Positions 11,101 to 24,090 of a stretch of DNA of 64,000 nucleotides are shown here, piece after piece. The stretch comes from Octopus sinensis. Its lineage: Eukaryota. The stretch spans positions 156,426,001 through 156,490,000 of the forward strand of contig NC_042999.1 in NCBI RefSeq assembly GCF_006345805.1, read 5' to 3'. The notes beneath the pieces were generated by a model. It did not search any database. It was not told the DNA's origin and saw only the letters and a list, made by a program, of their open reading frames with translations. The first letter of the stretch is position 1. Each line of letters starts with the position of its first letter. A program made the position numbers and the translations under genes.

Positions 11101-13560
11101 GTTGATAAACAAACCAGAGGAGATGTGTGAGGCCTTTCAGGAGCACTTCGCTCAGCTTTTCGGTGGAGGCGGCGGACCGGATAGGAGGAGGGACTTTACG
11201 GACCTCCTCGACGGGCTGCCGCGCCTATCGGGGCGAGATGCGGAGGGCTGTGAAGGGCCAATCCCGCCTGAGGAAGTGGCAGAGGCGATGGCGGACTGCG
11301 GCGCGGGCAAGGCGCCAGGTTTGGATGGTCTACCCTATGAGTTATATAAGAGTATGCCAGACTTGTTCGGGCACCTACTGACGGAGGTCTATGCGAACTG
11401 GCAGCAGAACGGGTTCATTCCCAGATCTGTGCGCCGGGGAGTAGTGACGCTTGTCAGAAAGGATCCGAACAAGAGGGAGTGCATTGATAATTTCAGGCCC
11501 ATCACTCTGCTAAACACAGAGTTGAAGATTTTGGCCAAAGTGTTATCGAAACGATTGGCGCGTGTCGCGGATGGTCTGATCGGGGAGGCACAGACATGTG
11601 CCGTTCCCGGCAGATCCATTCAGGATAATCTCCATCTTATGCGGTACACTATAGAGGGGTTTAATAGCGATTCTGGCAAGGGTGGGGCACTGGTCCATTT
11701 AGACCAATCTAAAGCATTTGATAGGGTCGACCATCGCTACCTGGTGTCCGTTCTGGCACAGTTCCGACTGGGCATTGGCTTCCTTAGGTGGATTATTCAA
11801 ATTTACGATAACATCGACTCGGTAGTTCGGGTGAACGGCTTCTTTTCGAAGCTGTTCAACATCAAGCGCTCGGTTCGTCAAGGGTGTCCGCTCTCCCCGC
11901 TTTTGTACGTGGTGGCTCTTGAGCCATTACTGCGAAAACTGAGCGGCATCCCGAGACAGCCAGGTTATGGAAAATCGGTGTCAGCTTACGCGGATGACAT
12001 CACCATCATCGTAACCGAAATGGATCACCTACAGAGGGTAGGCAAGGCCATAGAGGTTTACAAGACGGTGACATGAGCAAAGGTTAATCGTGAAAAGTCA
12101 GTCGGCTTGCAGCTCGGCACCTGGAGAGGCAAGTCGATGCCTCCCGACAGCGTCGTGGGACGTTGGACAGAGGGTCCGATTAAGTTGCTAGGGGTTTGGT
12201 TTGGACCAGACCTCTAAATAGAGAAGAACTGGGGCGAGGTATCGAGCAGGGTGGCTGCAGCAGCCAAGACCTGGTCTTGGCGGTGGCTATCCCTTAAAGG
12301 AAGGGCAGAGATAGCCAATGTGTTTATCGCATCGGTTATCACCTACCGCCTATCTGTCGTTCCTTGCCCTGATTCGTGGTTGATTAAGTTGGAAAGACAG
12401 CTCTTCTACTTTTTGTGGAAGGGCGGGAAACCACTTGTGAAACGCTCTACTTGCTGTCAACAACCGTTAAAGGGTGGGCTAGGGATGCCCTGGCTGATGA
12501 TGCGCAGACATGCGCTGCGGTTAAGACATCTGTGGCTCTACCTTGATGGTGAACGGGTGTGGTCTCCCCTCGGAATACTGATGTTTCCCAAGTTCACTAG
12601 TTTCGGTGGATGGGAAACCTGGCTGAATCGTAGATCGAAACTGGGCACATGGTACACGGAGTGTCGCAAGGCTCTCCTGCTATTCCGTCGTTCGGGCAAC
12701 GCCTGCGGTGGGGGTTCCACCACATTCTTCTATAGAGGGTTAGTAGAGGCGGAATGTGAAGATACCTTAGGGGAAGCCCTAGGTCTCGACGATAATCAGC
12801 TGGCCAGTCTGTTCCAACGTACATACGGGCCGAAGACCCTGGACAACTTCCAGAAGTCTCTGGCATGGCAGTGTTACAGAAGAGATCTACCTGTTCGGGA
12901 TAAACTCGCAAGGCACGGTGGCCAAGACAGTCCGATATGTCCAAGATGCGAGCGGGATAGGGAAACCGTCCCTCACGCTATTGTTCATTGTTCGGTCGTG
13001 TCAGAGGTGTGGGTTTATGCCGAACAGCTGTTGTCAAGCACACGAATAGTACAGCTGTCGACTGAGTCTATTATAAAAATTGACCCACCAGATTTCCTCG
13101 CGAAAGAAGGTAAGAATTGTTTTCTCGTTGTAGTAGCAATTGCGAAAGAGGTAATTTGGAAGACGAGAATGAAAGGTTTACGGTCAGGCAAGTTCATATC
13201 CGGCCCTGGATTGATGAATTATTTCATCTTTCACCTAAAAAGGAAGATAGGGCTGGAGAGAAAATTCCTGACTAAGAGAGTGTATGAAGAACGATGGAAG
13301 GATGTAGCACGAAAGTTGTGAGTGGATGATACCACATAAATGTAAAACAAGACGAAACCAAAGTATCAGTGGTGAGGCGGGGCTCGTGGGGTCCGAGCTA
13401 AAGAGTCATTCTCTTTTAGAGCCTTATTATTTAACACACTCACCGGTAAAATTTCCACTTATTTCTTATTTTTATTTTCTAAAGTTTTCGTTGCGTTTTG
13501 CAACCTTTTCAATAGTCTTGACTCTGTCTGTTATTTTTTATATTTTTAATTTTTTTAATT
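8110..13560 (+). mobile_element. L1/Tx1-clade LINE, decayed, interrupted by a mariner
   Basis: ORF1 remnant 8245-10473 with CCHC knuckle CFGCGKKGHVRVEC. ORF2 remnant about 10550-13321 with APE tail (SDHKMV...GSGYWKLNTSLL), RT (KAPGLDG, FRPITLLN, DQSKAFDRVDH, VRQGCPLSPLLY, AYADD) and C-terminal CPRC...H...C. Stops and frameshifts present. T-rich tail. The 5' boundary is approximate. Confidence 0.9.
8588..9871 (+). mobile_element. Full-length mariner (DD34D) transposon with frameshifted transposase
   Basis: 37-bp TIRs CGAGGG(A/G)CGTTCAATAAGTAATGCCCCTGACCCACTT and TA target duplication (8586-87, 9872-73). Transposase 8750-9798 with WIPRLL, QDETW, QDNAPVH and YSLDLAPSD motifs. Confidence 0.95.
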
Positions 13561-13999
13561 TTTTCTATTTTTTATTTTCTATTTTTTATTTCTGTATGTA
13601 AGCATTTAGATATGTAAATAAACAGATCAATATACAAATAGATAGGTATATAGACTATACGAACAGATACGTATGGAGACACGGATTCACACATATAAAG
13701 ATGCACATCCATACATACAAACATGGTACATAGTTGCATAACACACACACACATACACAGACATGCACATGCAAGGACACAGAGGTGCATACATATACAA
13801 ACACATGCTCACACACACATACATAGAAAATACACAAACACGGACAGGCAATCACATAAATATGCACACACATACATACATATGCATACACACACATATA
13901 TACATACATACACATGCAAACACACACACACATAATACGTACATGCATGCATGTATAGGCATACACACACACACTGACCCACACACATGCGCACAAACA

Positions 14000-14155
14000 A
14001 ACAAAAGGGAACGCAGTGTAAATAACGGACAGAGTCAAGACTATTGAAAGGGTTGCAAGACGCAACCAAAATTTTAGAAAATAAAAATAACAAATAAGTG
14101 GATATTGCACCGGTGAGTGTGTTAAATAATAAGGCACTAAAAGAGAATGACTCTC
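14000..14155 (-). repeat. Inverted, diverged copy of the LINE 3' UTR
   Basis: Reverse complement of about 13405-13545 (GAGTCATTCTCTTTTAG...TTCAATAGTCTTGACTCTGTC). Confidence 0.8.
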
Positions 14156-14476
14156 CCCAGACACAACAGAATATGCTTCAACACACGAACTCACATAAAG
14201 AATCTTGCAAACTAAATCCCGAAACGAAATTATTAGCATTAGTTATCTGTTGACGCTCAAATCTCGAACTGCACCGTTTTTTGATGTAAATAATTTTTAG
14301 TGTTAACATGGTCCGATTTGAATTTTTTCTTCTACGGAGGGAAGAGCAAGCCTTCTTCTATCATACTCTCAATTTTGCTCAACTTGCGCCGCAGGGTCTC
14401 GGAGAAGATAGTGTTAGTTGAAGGCTACAAAATCTCCATCCACCACTCACAGAGACAACTTCAGCTGATATATATA

Positions 14477-14527
<51 letters not shown>

Positions 14528-14572
14528 ATATTATATATATATATACTACATATATATATATATGTACATATG

Positions 14573-14606
<34 letters not shown>

Positions 14607-14626
14607 ATATATATATAATATATATG

Positions 14627-14665
<39 letters not shown>

Positions 14666-14670
14666 TATAT

Positions 14671-14695
<25 letters not shown>

Positions 14696-14701
<6 letters not shown>

Positions 14702-15062
14702 AGAAAATAGTAAGTGTGAAAAAACGACAGAAGTCTTAAATGTTAAAAAATATATATATTTGTGTCAAAATGTCTGGAGAATATTGGAAATTTTTTTTCC
14801 TTTCCTTAAAATGACATAATTAAAAAATTTTAAAAGAAATTACCGGTTTCGCGTGTAGCTTTTCAAATTTCTTGTGACGTCACAAGAATTTGAAAAGCTA
14901 CACGCGAAACCGGTAATTTCTTAAAAATTTTTTAAATTATGTCATTTTAAGGAAAGGAAAAAAAATTTTTCCAATATTCTCCAGACATTTTGACACAAAT
15001 ATATATATTTTTTAACATTTAAGACTTTGTCGTTTTTTCACACTTTACTATTTTCTTATATA
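14696..15062. repeat. Spacer-less about 365-bp palindrome, copy 1
   Basis: Arms mirror about the centre GTGAC|GTCAC (14878/14879). Embedded in (TA)n. Confidence 0.92.
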
Positions 15063-15179
15063 TTCACCCACGTGCTTTACCAAACAAACTTTCTTATCTA
15101 TATATATATATATATACATATATATATAATATACATATATATAATATATACATATATATATGTATATATATATATATAC

Positions 15180-15210
<31 letters not shown>

Positions 15211-15365
15211 TATTATATATACATATGTATATATATATATATATAACTATATATATATATATATATTACATATATATACATATATATATGTATATAGTAT
15301 ATATATATATGTATATATATATACTATATATATATATGTACATATGTATATATATATATATGTAT

Positions 15366-15441
<76 letters not shown>

Positions 15442-15472
15442 TATATAGGTATATATATATATATATATTATA

Positions 15473-15840
15473 TATATAAGAAAATAGTAAAGTGTGAAAA
15501 AACGACAGAAGTCTTAAATGTTAAAAAATATATATTTGTGTCAAAATGTCTGGAGAATATTGGAAATTTTTTTTCCTTTCCTTAAAATGACATAATTTAA
15601 AAAATTTTTAAAGAAATTACCGGTTTCGCGTGTAGCTTTTCAAATTTCTTGTGACGTCACAAGAATTTGAAAAGCTACACGCGAAACCGGTAATTTCTTA
15701 AAAATTTTTTAAATTATGTCATTTTAAGGAAAGGAAAAAAAATTTTTCCAATATTCTCCAGACATTTTGACACAAATATATATATTTTTTAACATTTAAG
15801 ACTTCTGTCGTTTTTTCACACTTTACTATTTTCTTATATA
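15473..15840. repeat. Spacer-less about 365-bp palindrome, copy 2 (tandem unit about 780 bp)
   Basis: Same sequence as copy 1 with centre 15655/15656. Both copies are followed by the same tag TTCACCCACGTGCTTTACCAAACAAACTTTCTTATC. Confidence 0.92.
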
Positions 15841-15999
15841 TTCACCCACGTGCTTTACCAAACAAACTTTCTTATCTATATATATATATTACATATATAT
15901 ATATATATTATACATATATATATATATATACTATATATATATATATTATATATATACATATATATATATATATTATATATATATATATATACATATATA

Positions 16000-16030
<31 letters not shown>

Positions 16031-16095
16031 CCTATATATATATATATATATACATATATATACATATATATTATATATATGTATATATATATATG

Positions 16096-16130
<35 letters not shown>

Positions 16131-16261
16131 GTAGGTCCCGGGTTGATCCGGGGTTAACCACAGTAAGTAAGGTACTCAATACATAGCAGAGTAAAATTAA
16201 TTATTATATAGAAGGAGCTTGAATGAAACAGTACTAGTCCTGTAGAAGCTCCTTCTATATA

Positions 16262-16299
<38 letters not shown>

Positions 16300-16316
16300 A
16301 TATATATATATAATAT

Positions 16317-16354
<38 letters not shown>

Positions 16355-16359
16355 ATATG

Positions 16360-16391
<32 letters not shown>

Positions 16392-16392
16392 C

Positions 16393-16425
<33 letters not shown>

Positions 16426-16457
16426 TATATAACTATATATATATAATATATATCATA

Positions 16458-16489
<32 letters not shown>

Positions 16490-16532
16490 CATATATATAT
16501 GTATATATATATATATATATACATATATATAT

Positions 16533-16569
<37 letters not shown>

Positions 16570-16577
16570 GTATATAT

Positions 16578-16613
<36 letters not shown>

Positions 16614-16644
16614 ATATATATATATATATATATATATATCTATA

Positions 16645-17024
16645 TCTCTCTATATAAACGGCAGTTTGTCTGTGCGTGTTTCTGTGTGTCTGTTTGCTTG
16701 TACCTCACCCTGACCACGGCTTTCAACCGATTCTGATGAAACTTGACACACACATAGCCCAATGTCATAATTCAAAACTAACGCAGCGAAAATTTTGAAA
16801 AGTTCCCCCAGTTCTGAAAAAAATCGATAAATTCGACATGGGGTCGAGAATGAGAAACACAAACCGCAAATTGTCTAGGGGACGCAACTCCACCTTTTTT
16901 AACTAAAAAAAAATTTACCATCATTTTTTTCCATTTTTTTTGCTATTTTTTGGCTATAACTCTCTAAAAATGCTTTATAGTTATTTCCCTTACAAACCTG
17001 AGCAACGCCGGGCGATACTGCTAG
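16645..17024 (+). mobile_element. Non-autonomous Helitron
   Basis: 5' TC/TATATAAA start, and 3' GAGCAACGCCGGGCGATACTG-CTAG followed by T. No TIR or TSD. Confidence 0.75.
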
Positions 17025-17251
17025 TATATATATATATACATATATATAAGCGAAAATAAACTTCACAAACTGTTGCTCAGAGTTTCATGTGACCGTGTGT
17101 CAGACACTTTTTATAATAAAGTTTAATGAAATTTTGAAATTTATAAATTGTGTGTATATATCATATTTTGTGGACACCAGTTCAACAAAGAAGCATTCAC
17201 ATCTTAATGGTTGACAAATTAAAAAAGAATTAATTGTGTATAATTCGCTGC

Positions 17252-17652
17252 CAGTGGGGGTTGGCCGTGTGGTAAGTAGCTTGTTTACCACCCACATGGT
17301 TCCGGGTTCAGTCCCACTGCGTGGCACCTTGGGCAAGTGTCTTCTGCTATAGCCTCGGGCCGACCAATGCCTTGTGAGTGGATTTGGTAGACGGAAACTG
17401 AAAGAAGCCCGTCGAATATATGTATATATATGTATGCGTGTGTGTGTTTGAGCGTCTGTGTTTGTCCCCCTAGCATTGCTTGACAACCGATGCTGGTGTG
17501 TTTATGTCCCCGTTACTTAGCGGTTCGGCAAAAGAGACCGATAGAGTAAGTACTGGGCTTACAAAAGAATAAGTCCATGGGGTCGAGTTGCTCGATTAAA
17601 GGCGGTGCTCCAGCATGGCCGCAGTCAAATGACTGAAACAAGTAAAAGAGTA
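17252..17652 (+). mobile_element. SINE, second family (GTGGCTGTGTGGTAAGTAGCTTG head)
   Basis: tRNA-like head with GGTTCAGTCCC B box, shared body and (AAAGAGT) tail. Other copies at 23603-24090, 33571-33712 and 42063-42473. Confidence 0.85.
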
Positions 17653-17989
17653 ATAGTTGAATAAAAAACTGTGCGAAAACGATTGGAAAAATATACGGAA
17701 TAGACAATGTCAAGAAAGAGAAATTGCAAATGATTAAAAGGAATATAAGTAAGTAAAAAATATATATATAGAAGAAAGGGAGAAGGTTTTAAATTGAAAT
17801 TAAAATTAAGATTAAATACAAAACGGATCAAGAAATGAAATTATAGTGAGACATCTGTACATCATTTGATGCTTGTACGCCACTTTTGTACACCACTTTT
17901 GCCACTCTCTCGTCGGTTCCAATGACAAGTATTGCAAGGTGACTGGTACTAGTTTGGCGGTACGTTTTATGCCAGAGTATCTTTCTCCT

Positions 17990-20900
17990 TGAAGATCTGC
18001 TTTCCCAACAGCTTTGTCAAAGATAATAGGAGCCTCCTCATCACCTGGAATATCTATTTAACCCAAATATTGGCCTCTGATAGGTACTGCTTTCTAGAGT
18101 CAGGAGTGATGATAATTAACAACTCCAGAATTCCCGAACAACTCCAGAATTCCCGAACCATATTGACCCTGACACGTTTGAATATATCGCGGACTGCAAC
18201 ACGTACACCTGATCCCTTGATGTTCTTACCTCACTATACGTGAAACTAAAGAATGTAGTGCATACACATCACCTGTTATACACTTGCAAAAAGGAGTACG
18301 GACGGAGTTTAGATCAAAACTTCCAGAAGCTCAAACTTTTGGCGAAAGACTGTGGATACAAAGTTGCCTCAGCTACCGAAAATCTCAACGAAGTTGTAAG
18401 AGATGCCTTCATAAGTGGCATGCATTCTAGTAGCATAGGCCAACAGTTGTTGGAGCAGGACAATCTAGATCTCGCCCGAGCCCTCATCCAAGCACGGATG
18501 CCGGAGACGGCAGAGACTCAATCTTCAAGTTACTTAAGGTCAGTCGTTCCTCTTAATGAAGCCTGTGTTGCACGTCCTCCCAGCACGAAACACGACACTG
18601 TACCCGACGCCAATTTATCAGCCGCCACGCCTATGTGTTTGTTCTGTGGCTACAACAGACACCCACACTCCAAGTGTCCAGCTCGGGAAGCGACATGTAA
18701 AGCTTGCAACGAAGTCTGTCACTTCCATCGTGTATGGCAATCGTCTCGCATGAACAAATGCTTTGTTACATACACAGATCCCACATTGTCTGCCATATTC
18801 TCTGCAGCTCTTCCGGCATCATTGTTTTCTGCCGTTATTAAGGTGTACGTAAATGGTATTAAACTCAATGCACTGATTGATAATAGAAGCTCTAATAGTT
18901 ATACATCATCTCATATTGTACACTCACATTGTTGGCGTATCTATTCATCAAACATTCCGATTTCGATGGCCTCTACTACATTGTCTGTGGAGGCGCAATG
19001 GCCCAGTGGTTAGGGCAGCGGACTCGCGGTCATAGGATCGCGGTTTCGATTCCCAGACCGGGCGTTGTGAGTGTTTATTGAGTGAAAACACCTAAAGCTC
19101 CACGAGGCTCCGGCAAGGGATGGTGGTAATCCCTGCTGTACTCTTTCACCACAACTTTCTCTCACTCTTACTTCTGTTTCTGTTGTACCTGTATTTCAAA
19201 GGTGCGGCCTTGTCACTCTCTGTGTCACGCTGAATATCCCCGAGAACTACGTTAAGGGTGCACGTGTCTGTGGAGTGCTCAGCCACTTACACGTTAATTT
19301 CACGAGCAGGCTGTTCCGTTGATTCGGATCAACCGGAACCCTCATCGTCGTAACCGACGGAGTGCTTCCACTACATTGTCAAGCGTTACACAAAGTCACT
19401 GTTTTGCCGAATTGGTCTATCGTGACAATGATTACCCCAATGTGAAGCTTTGTTTTACCTGGGCTTTGTTCAAATGTCTTACTTGCGTACGATTTTTTGA
19501 AACAGTATGAACAAGTAAACATAGCCATACTGATATTGCTATCACCGCAACCTTGAACCAGAATGGACGATGCGTAACCTTCTTCTCCAAAGCGCATACG
19601 CGCAACGAACGGAACCAGTCGAAAAGGAAGTCTACGCCATCATTGAAGCTCTTCGTAAATGGAAGCACTACCTTATCGGAGTTCCTTTTCAGTTAGTAAC
19701 CGACCAACGGTCCATGGCTTTCATATTCAACAACGAAGATAAAGGTAAAGTCAAGAACGACAATGGCGTATTGAGCTATCTTGTTTCAAATATGATGTCG
19801 TTTATCGGCCGGGTAATAACAGAGCTGATGATGCTTTTTCTCGGGGTTATTGCGCATCTTCTACCCTCATGGACCTTACACAGCTCCACGAATCCTTGTG
19901 CCAGCCAGGCGTGACGTGATTGTTCTGTTTCGTGCGGTCAAAGAATCTACCATTTTCCACTCATGACGTAAAATCTGTGACGTCTCAATGTGCCACATGC
20001 GCCGAAATGAAGCCTGATGCTTTGTGTCACTGACAGCCAAACTTGTGAAGGTCACTCAGCCGTTCGAGAGATTAAGCATAGACTTTAAGGGTCCACTCCC
20101 ATCCACTAATCACAACAAATACCTACTTACAATTATCCATGAATTTTCTAGATTCTCATTTGCGTTCACATATTCAGATATATCAGCCGCTATTGCCATT
20201 CCTTGTCTCTGCCAACTATTTCGATTTTTAGACTTTATTTCATCTATTCCGATCGTGACGCTGCCTTCATGTCAGCTGAACTGAGACAATTCCTCCATAA
20301 TAAAGGCATAGCGACCAGTAGGACAATCTCATACAGTCCAGCGAGGAATGTTGAGGTCGAAAAGCTCAATTCAATCTTAAGGAAAACCATTACTTTGGAA
20401 CTGAAGTGTAAGGGATTGAGTGCAAGTCACTGGCAGCGCGTACTTCTTGATGCTCTGCACTCTATCCGTTGCCTCCTCTGTACGGCCACTTACACCACGC
20501 CTCACGAGAGGCTGTTCAGTTTTTACCGCAGCACATCTTCTGGGATCTCACTACCAGAATGGCCAGTGGAGGGTGGATCAGTGCTCCTGAAGAAAATACA
20601 ATCCCGCAGTAGAAAAGGTTGAGTTACTTGAATGCAATCCACTGTATGCTTATGGAGCGGCATGGGGGAAACGGTTTCGTTGAAACATCTAGTTGCGGGG
20701 CATGGGGGAGATACGAAATTTTTCGATACACCGGCCGAGTTTGATACCTCATTGTGCAACCTGTGAACGATCTCAAAGCGGAAACACTGGCAGTTGAAAC
20801 TAGAACCAGTGATATCGATCCTAAAGAAGAAGCTAACAGCTCAAAATTTGATAACCCTGAGCAATTGAAAGCAGGTCAACAGCGTCTACACTCATAGAAC

Positions 20901-21108
20901 TTGAGAAACCAAAAGGCTGGTCAACAGCACCTACACACGCATACAATTTGCGAAGTCAAAAGACGTAAACTATCTGGAATATTGTAATACTCCATGCTAT
21001 ATTTTGATGCCTAAGAACTTTACAAAACTCACTTGGTAGTACTCAGATTCTTCAGCGGGGAGAATGTGGTAATAATTACTGATATTATTACTGTAACTAT
21101 ACGTGCTA
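17990..21108 (+). mobile_element. Degenerate Ty3/Gypsy LTR retrotransposon
   Basis: Gag with zinc knuckles (CLFCG...H...C, CKAC...H), protease remnant LIDNRS, RNase H EKEVYAIIEALRKWKHYL, integrase LSIDFKGPLP. Purine tract AGCGGGGAGAA then TGTGG (3' LTR start at 21065). Most of the RT is missing. Confidence 0.85.
18988..19369 (+). mobile_element. tRNA-derived SINE inserted in the Gypsy pol
   Basis: Full head and body. 11-bp TSD ACTACATTGTC (18975-18985 and 19370-19380). Confidence 0.92.
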
Positions 21109-22336
21109 TCAGGTTAAGTAAAAAGTAAGCAACATTTTGAACTATGGAGAATTTATACCGGACTTTTGCAGTTTTGAATTTCTTTAAGCATTTTTTTGAA
21201 ATTGTCTGATAACACAGACATAGACTCGCCCAAATGCATCAATAAATTAACATTGATATTTTTTTCACCGTTGTTACAATCATCTGAGATATTCGAGCAA
21301 TTTTGCTATTCAACTATAAAAAAGGACGTAAAGCAGCTGAAACGGCTCGCGATATCAATGAAACGCTTGGTGAGGAAATGACCAGTGATCAGCTCGAAAG
21401 TGGTTTAAACGATTTCGCAGTGGAGACCTGGGCCTTGAAGATCGCGAGCATAGTGGATGCCCATCTGTCATCGATGACGGTCAATTAAAGACCGTCATTG
21501 AGAAAGATCCACATAAAACTACTCGAGAACTAGCAAAAGAACTTCTGCCTGCAACCATTTACATGTGATCGGAAAATCAAAAATGCTCGACAAATGGGTA
21601 CCACGCGATTTGAATGAAAGTCCGAAAATATGCAGATATGAAATTTGCTTATCTCCGTAACCGATCCATTTCTCGACCGTATTGTAACTTGCGATGAAAA
21701 GTGGATTCTATACAATAATAAAAAACGTTCTTCGTAGTGGTTTGAGCAAAAGGAAGCTCCGAAAACCTTCCGTAAACCCGAACTCTTCATAAAGAAGGTT
21801 GTGATGACTGTTTGGTGGTGTACTACTGGACTCATCCACTATAAATTCTTAAACCCGGAAAAGCCATTACTACAGAAACATATTGCCATGAAATTGCGAA
21901 AATGAACGAAAAACTGCTCCTCCTCCGTCCCAGACTGGTCAACAGAAGAGGGTCAGTCATTCTCCATGACAATGCTTGACCACACGTTTCACTAATGATG
22001 CTCCAGAAGTTGAGGGAACTTGGCTACGAAGTTCTTCCCCACCCAGCTTATTCCCCAGACCTCTCTCCTACCGACAACCACTTTTTCAAGCACCTTGATG
22101 GTTTCCTGTGAGAGAAGGAGTTAAAAACTCAAACCGATGCTGAAAGTGTGTTCAAAGAGTTCATCAGCTCCAGAACTCCAGATTTTTATGTTACTAGAAT
22201 AAACAAACTTGTAACTCGTTGGCAAACATATTTTTTGTAATAGTTCTTACATCGATGAATAAAACTTCCGCATTGTTGAAATATATTGTGATCAATTTCA
22301 TGTTTCAAAACGTTGCTTACTTTTTACTCAGCCTTA
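21109..22336 (+). mobile_element. Full-length decayed mariner transposon
   Basis: Imperfect TIRs (AGG..AGTAAAAAGTAAGCAAC) with TA flanks. Transposase remnants WVPRDL, VTCDEKW, LHDNA and YSPDLSPTD. Confidence 0.9.
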
Positions 22337-22859
22337 TATATTCACTACCGTTAATATTACTACAGCTAGCTGAAAACGAGGCTTTGGAATGAAAACTAGG
22401 CATAGAAAAATGATATTGAAACATGGCTGTCCGCTGACCAGCTAGGCCAATGACTAAAACTACTACTGACGGATACTGTACTCTCGTTCTTAGAAGAGTA
22501 AAGCTTATGTTTGGTCAATCTTTTCAACCTCTGTATTAACAAAATTGAGAATTGCTACACTACTACACTCATTCCAACGTTTGAACCACTTGATTGGACG
22601 CTTGATGAAATCCGAACCACAAAAAACTCGTAAGATATTGACTAATACAAATAATATTCACATAAACAGTGCGTAGACTGCCTCTGCCAAAAACGATACC
22701 AAGTATCGACGTGCATCTCTTGACCAAATTTGCATAGACGAGGTAGATAACACCGCGAGACTTCCTTGAGAAATATTTCACGTCTGATAACTTTGATTAA
22801 ATTGCCAGAGAAGTTGCACGACTCTACCACAACATATCACCAGATGAAAGGATGAGTGC

Positions 22860-23590
22860 ATATCAGCAATAGACCATGAATGGATATGTTAGAAGGTTCC
22901 AGGATGATTTTAACATAGATAATCAAAGTAATCTATTGTGGGTCAACAAATCAGGTCACTGACTCTCACTTTGAAGGGTGTGCATTTGAAATCCAGGGAC
23001 AAGAAATAGCAAATTCATGGTGCACAAAGGGGGTAGCTACTGGAAAAACACCAAAATAAGAAAACCGATGCAGATGTGGAGTTAACACGGAAAATATCAC
23101 CCACATCATGAGCAGTTGTTTGAAAATGTCCTTGCATTATTATCTACCGATGAGACATAATGTAGCCAAAACACTATATAATGAAATCCGTCAGAAAGAC
23201 GATTCTGGTGCCAAAGTGAGAGGAATGCACAGTGTGGTACAGACCATAGCCACTCATAATTTTTAAGTGTACTGGTGGAATGACCTAGTGAAAACTTCAA
23301 TAGAGTGCAAACATAAGAGACATGATTTTCTGATTTGAAACAGAGAAGAGAAACTAGGTACATTAGTGGAAATCAGTTGATCAGCGGATGTCAACAAAAG
23401 ATTTGCGAAAAAGAAGATACCTGCACTGAACTACTAAGAAAGTTACAACTTTATGTTCAAATTTATACCCGTAATTATTGAGGAACTGGGGTATGAAACA
23501 AACTGCATCAGCACCAAATTTGTGAAGTTAGGCTTCTCAGAACCAGAGAAAGCTAATTAAGAGATTACATATACCAGCCATCAATGGAAC
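22860..23590 (+). mobile_element. Highly decayed R4-clade LINE 3' remnant
   Basis: Broken frames give FEGCAFEIQGQEI...CRCG...ENITHIMSSC...RHN.AK...WWND...LVEIS...FIPVII (REL endonuclease region). Confidence 0.65.
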
Positions 23591-23602
23591 TGTCAAAATA
23601 CT

Positions 23603-24090
23603 CTCTTTACTCTTTTACTCTTTTACTTGTTTCGGTCATTTGACTGCGGCCATGCTGGAGCACCGCCTTTAGTCAAGCAAGTCGACCCCGGGACTTATTC
23701 TTTGTAAGCCCAGTACTTATTCTATCGGTCTCCTTTGCCGAACCGCTAAGTTACGGGGACATGAACACACCAGCATCGGTTGTCAAGCAATGCTAGGGGG
23801 ACAAACACAGACATACAAATGCATACACACACGACGGGATTCTTTTCAGTTTCCGTCTACCAAGTCCACTCACAAGGCTTTGTCGGCCCGGGGCTATAGT
23901 ATAAGACACTTGCCCAAGATGCCACGCAGTGGGACTGAACCCGGAGCCATGTGGTTGGTAAGCAAGCTACATGCAACACAGCCACTCCTGCGCCTCCAAA
24001 AGTTTAGCATAGACACTTGCCCAAGATGCCACGCAGTGGGACTGAACCTGGAACCATCTGGTTCATAAGCAAGCTACTTACCACACAGCC
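23603..24090 (-). mobile_element. SINE, second family, with partially duplicated head
   Basis: Reverse complement of the 42063-42473 family. The segment GACACTTGCCCAAGATGCCACGCAGTGGGACTGAAC occurs twice. Confidence 0.85.

Noticed and set aside
14874-14883. TGACGTCA (CRE-like) site as a regulatory element
   Set aside because: It is simply the symmetry centre of the palindrome and far from any recognised gene start.
18988-19060. SINE heads as tRNA genes (also 32728, 37241, 40506 and others)
   Set aside because: A and B boxes are present, but there is no complete cloverleaf, and each continues into a shared SINE body, often with a TSD.
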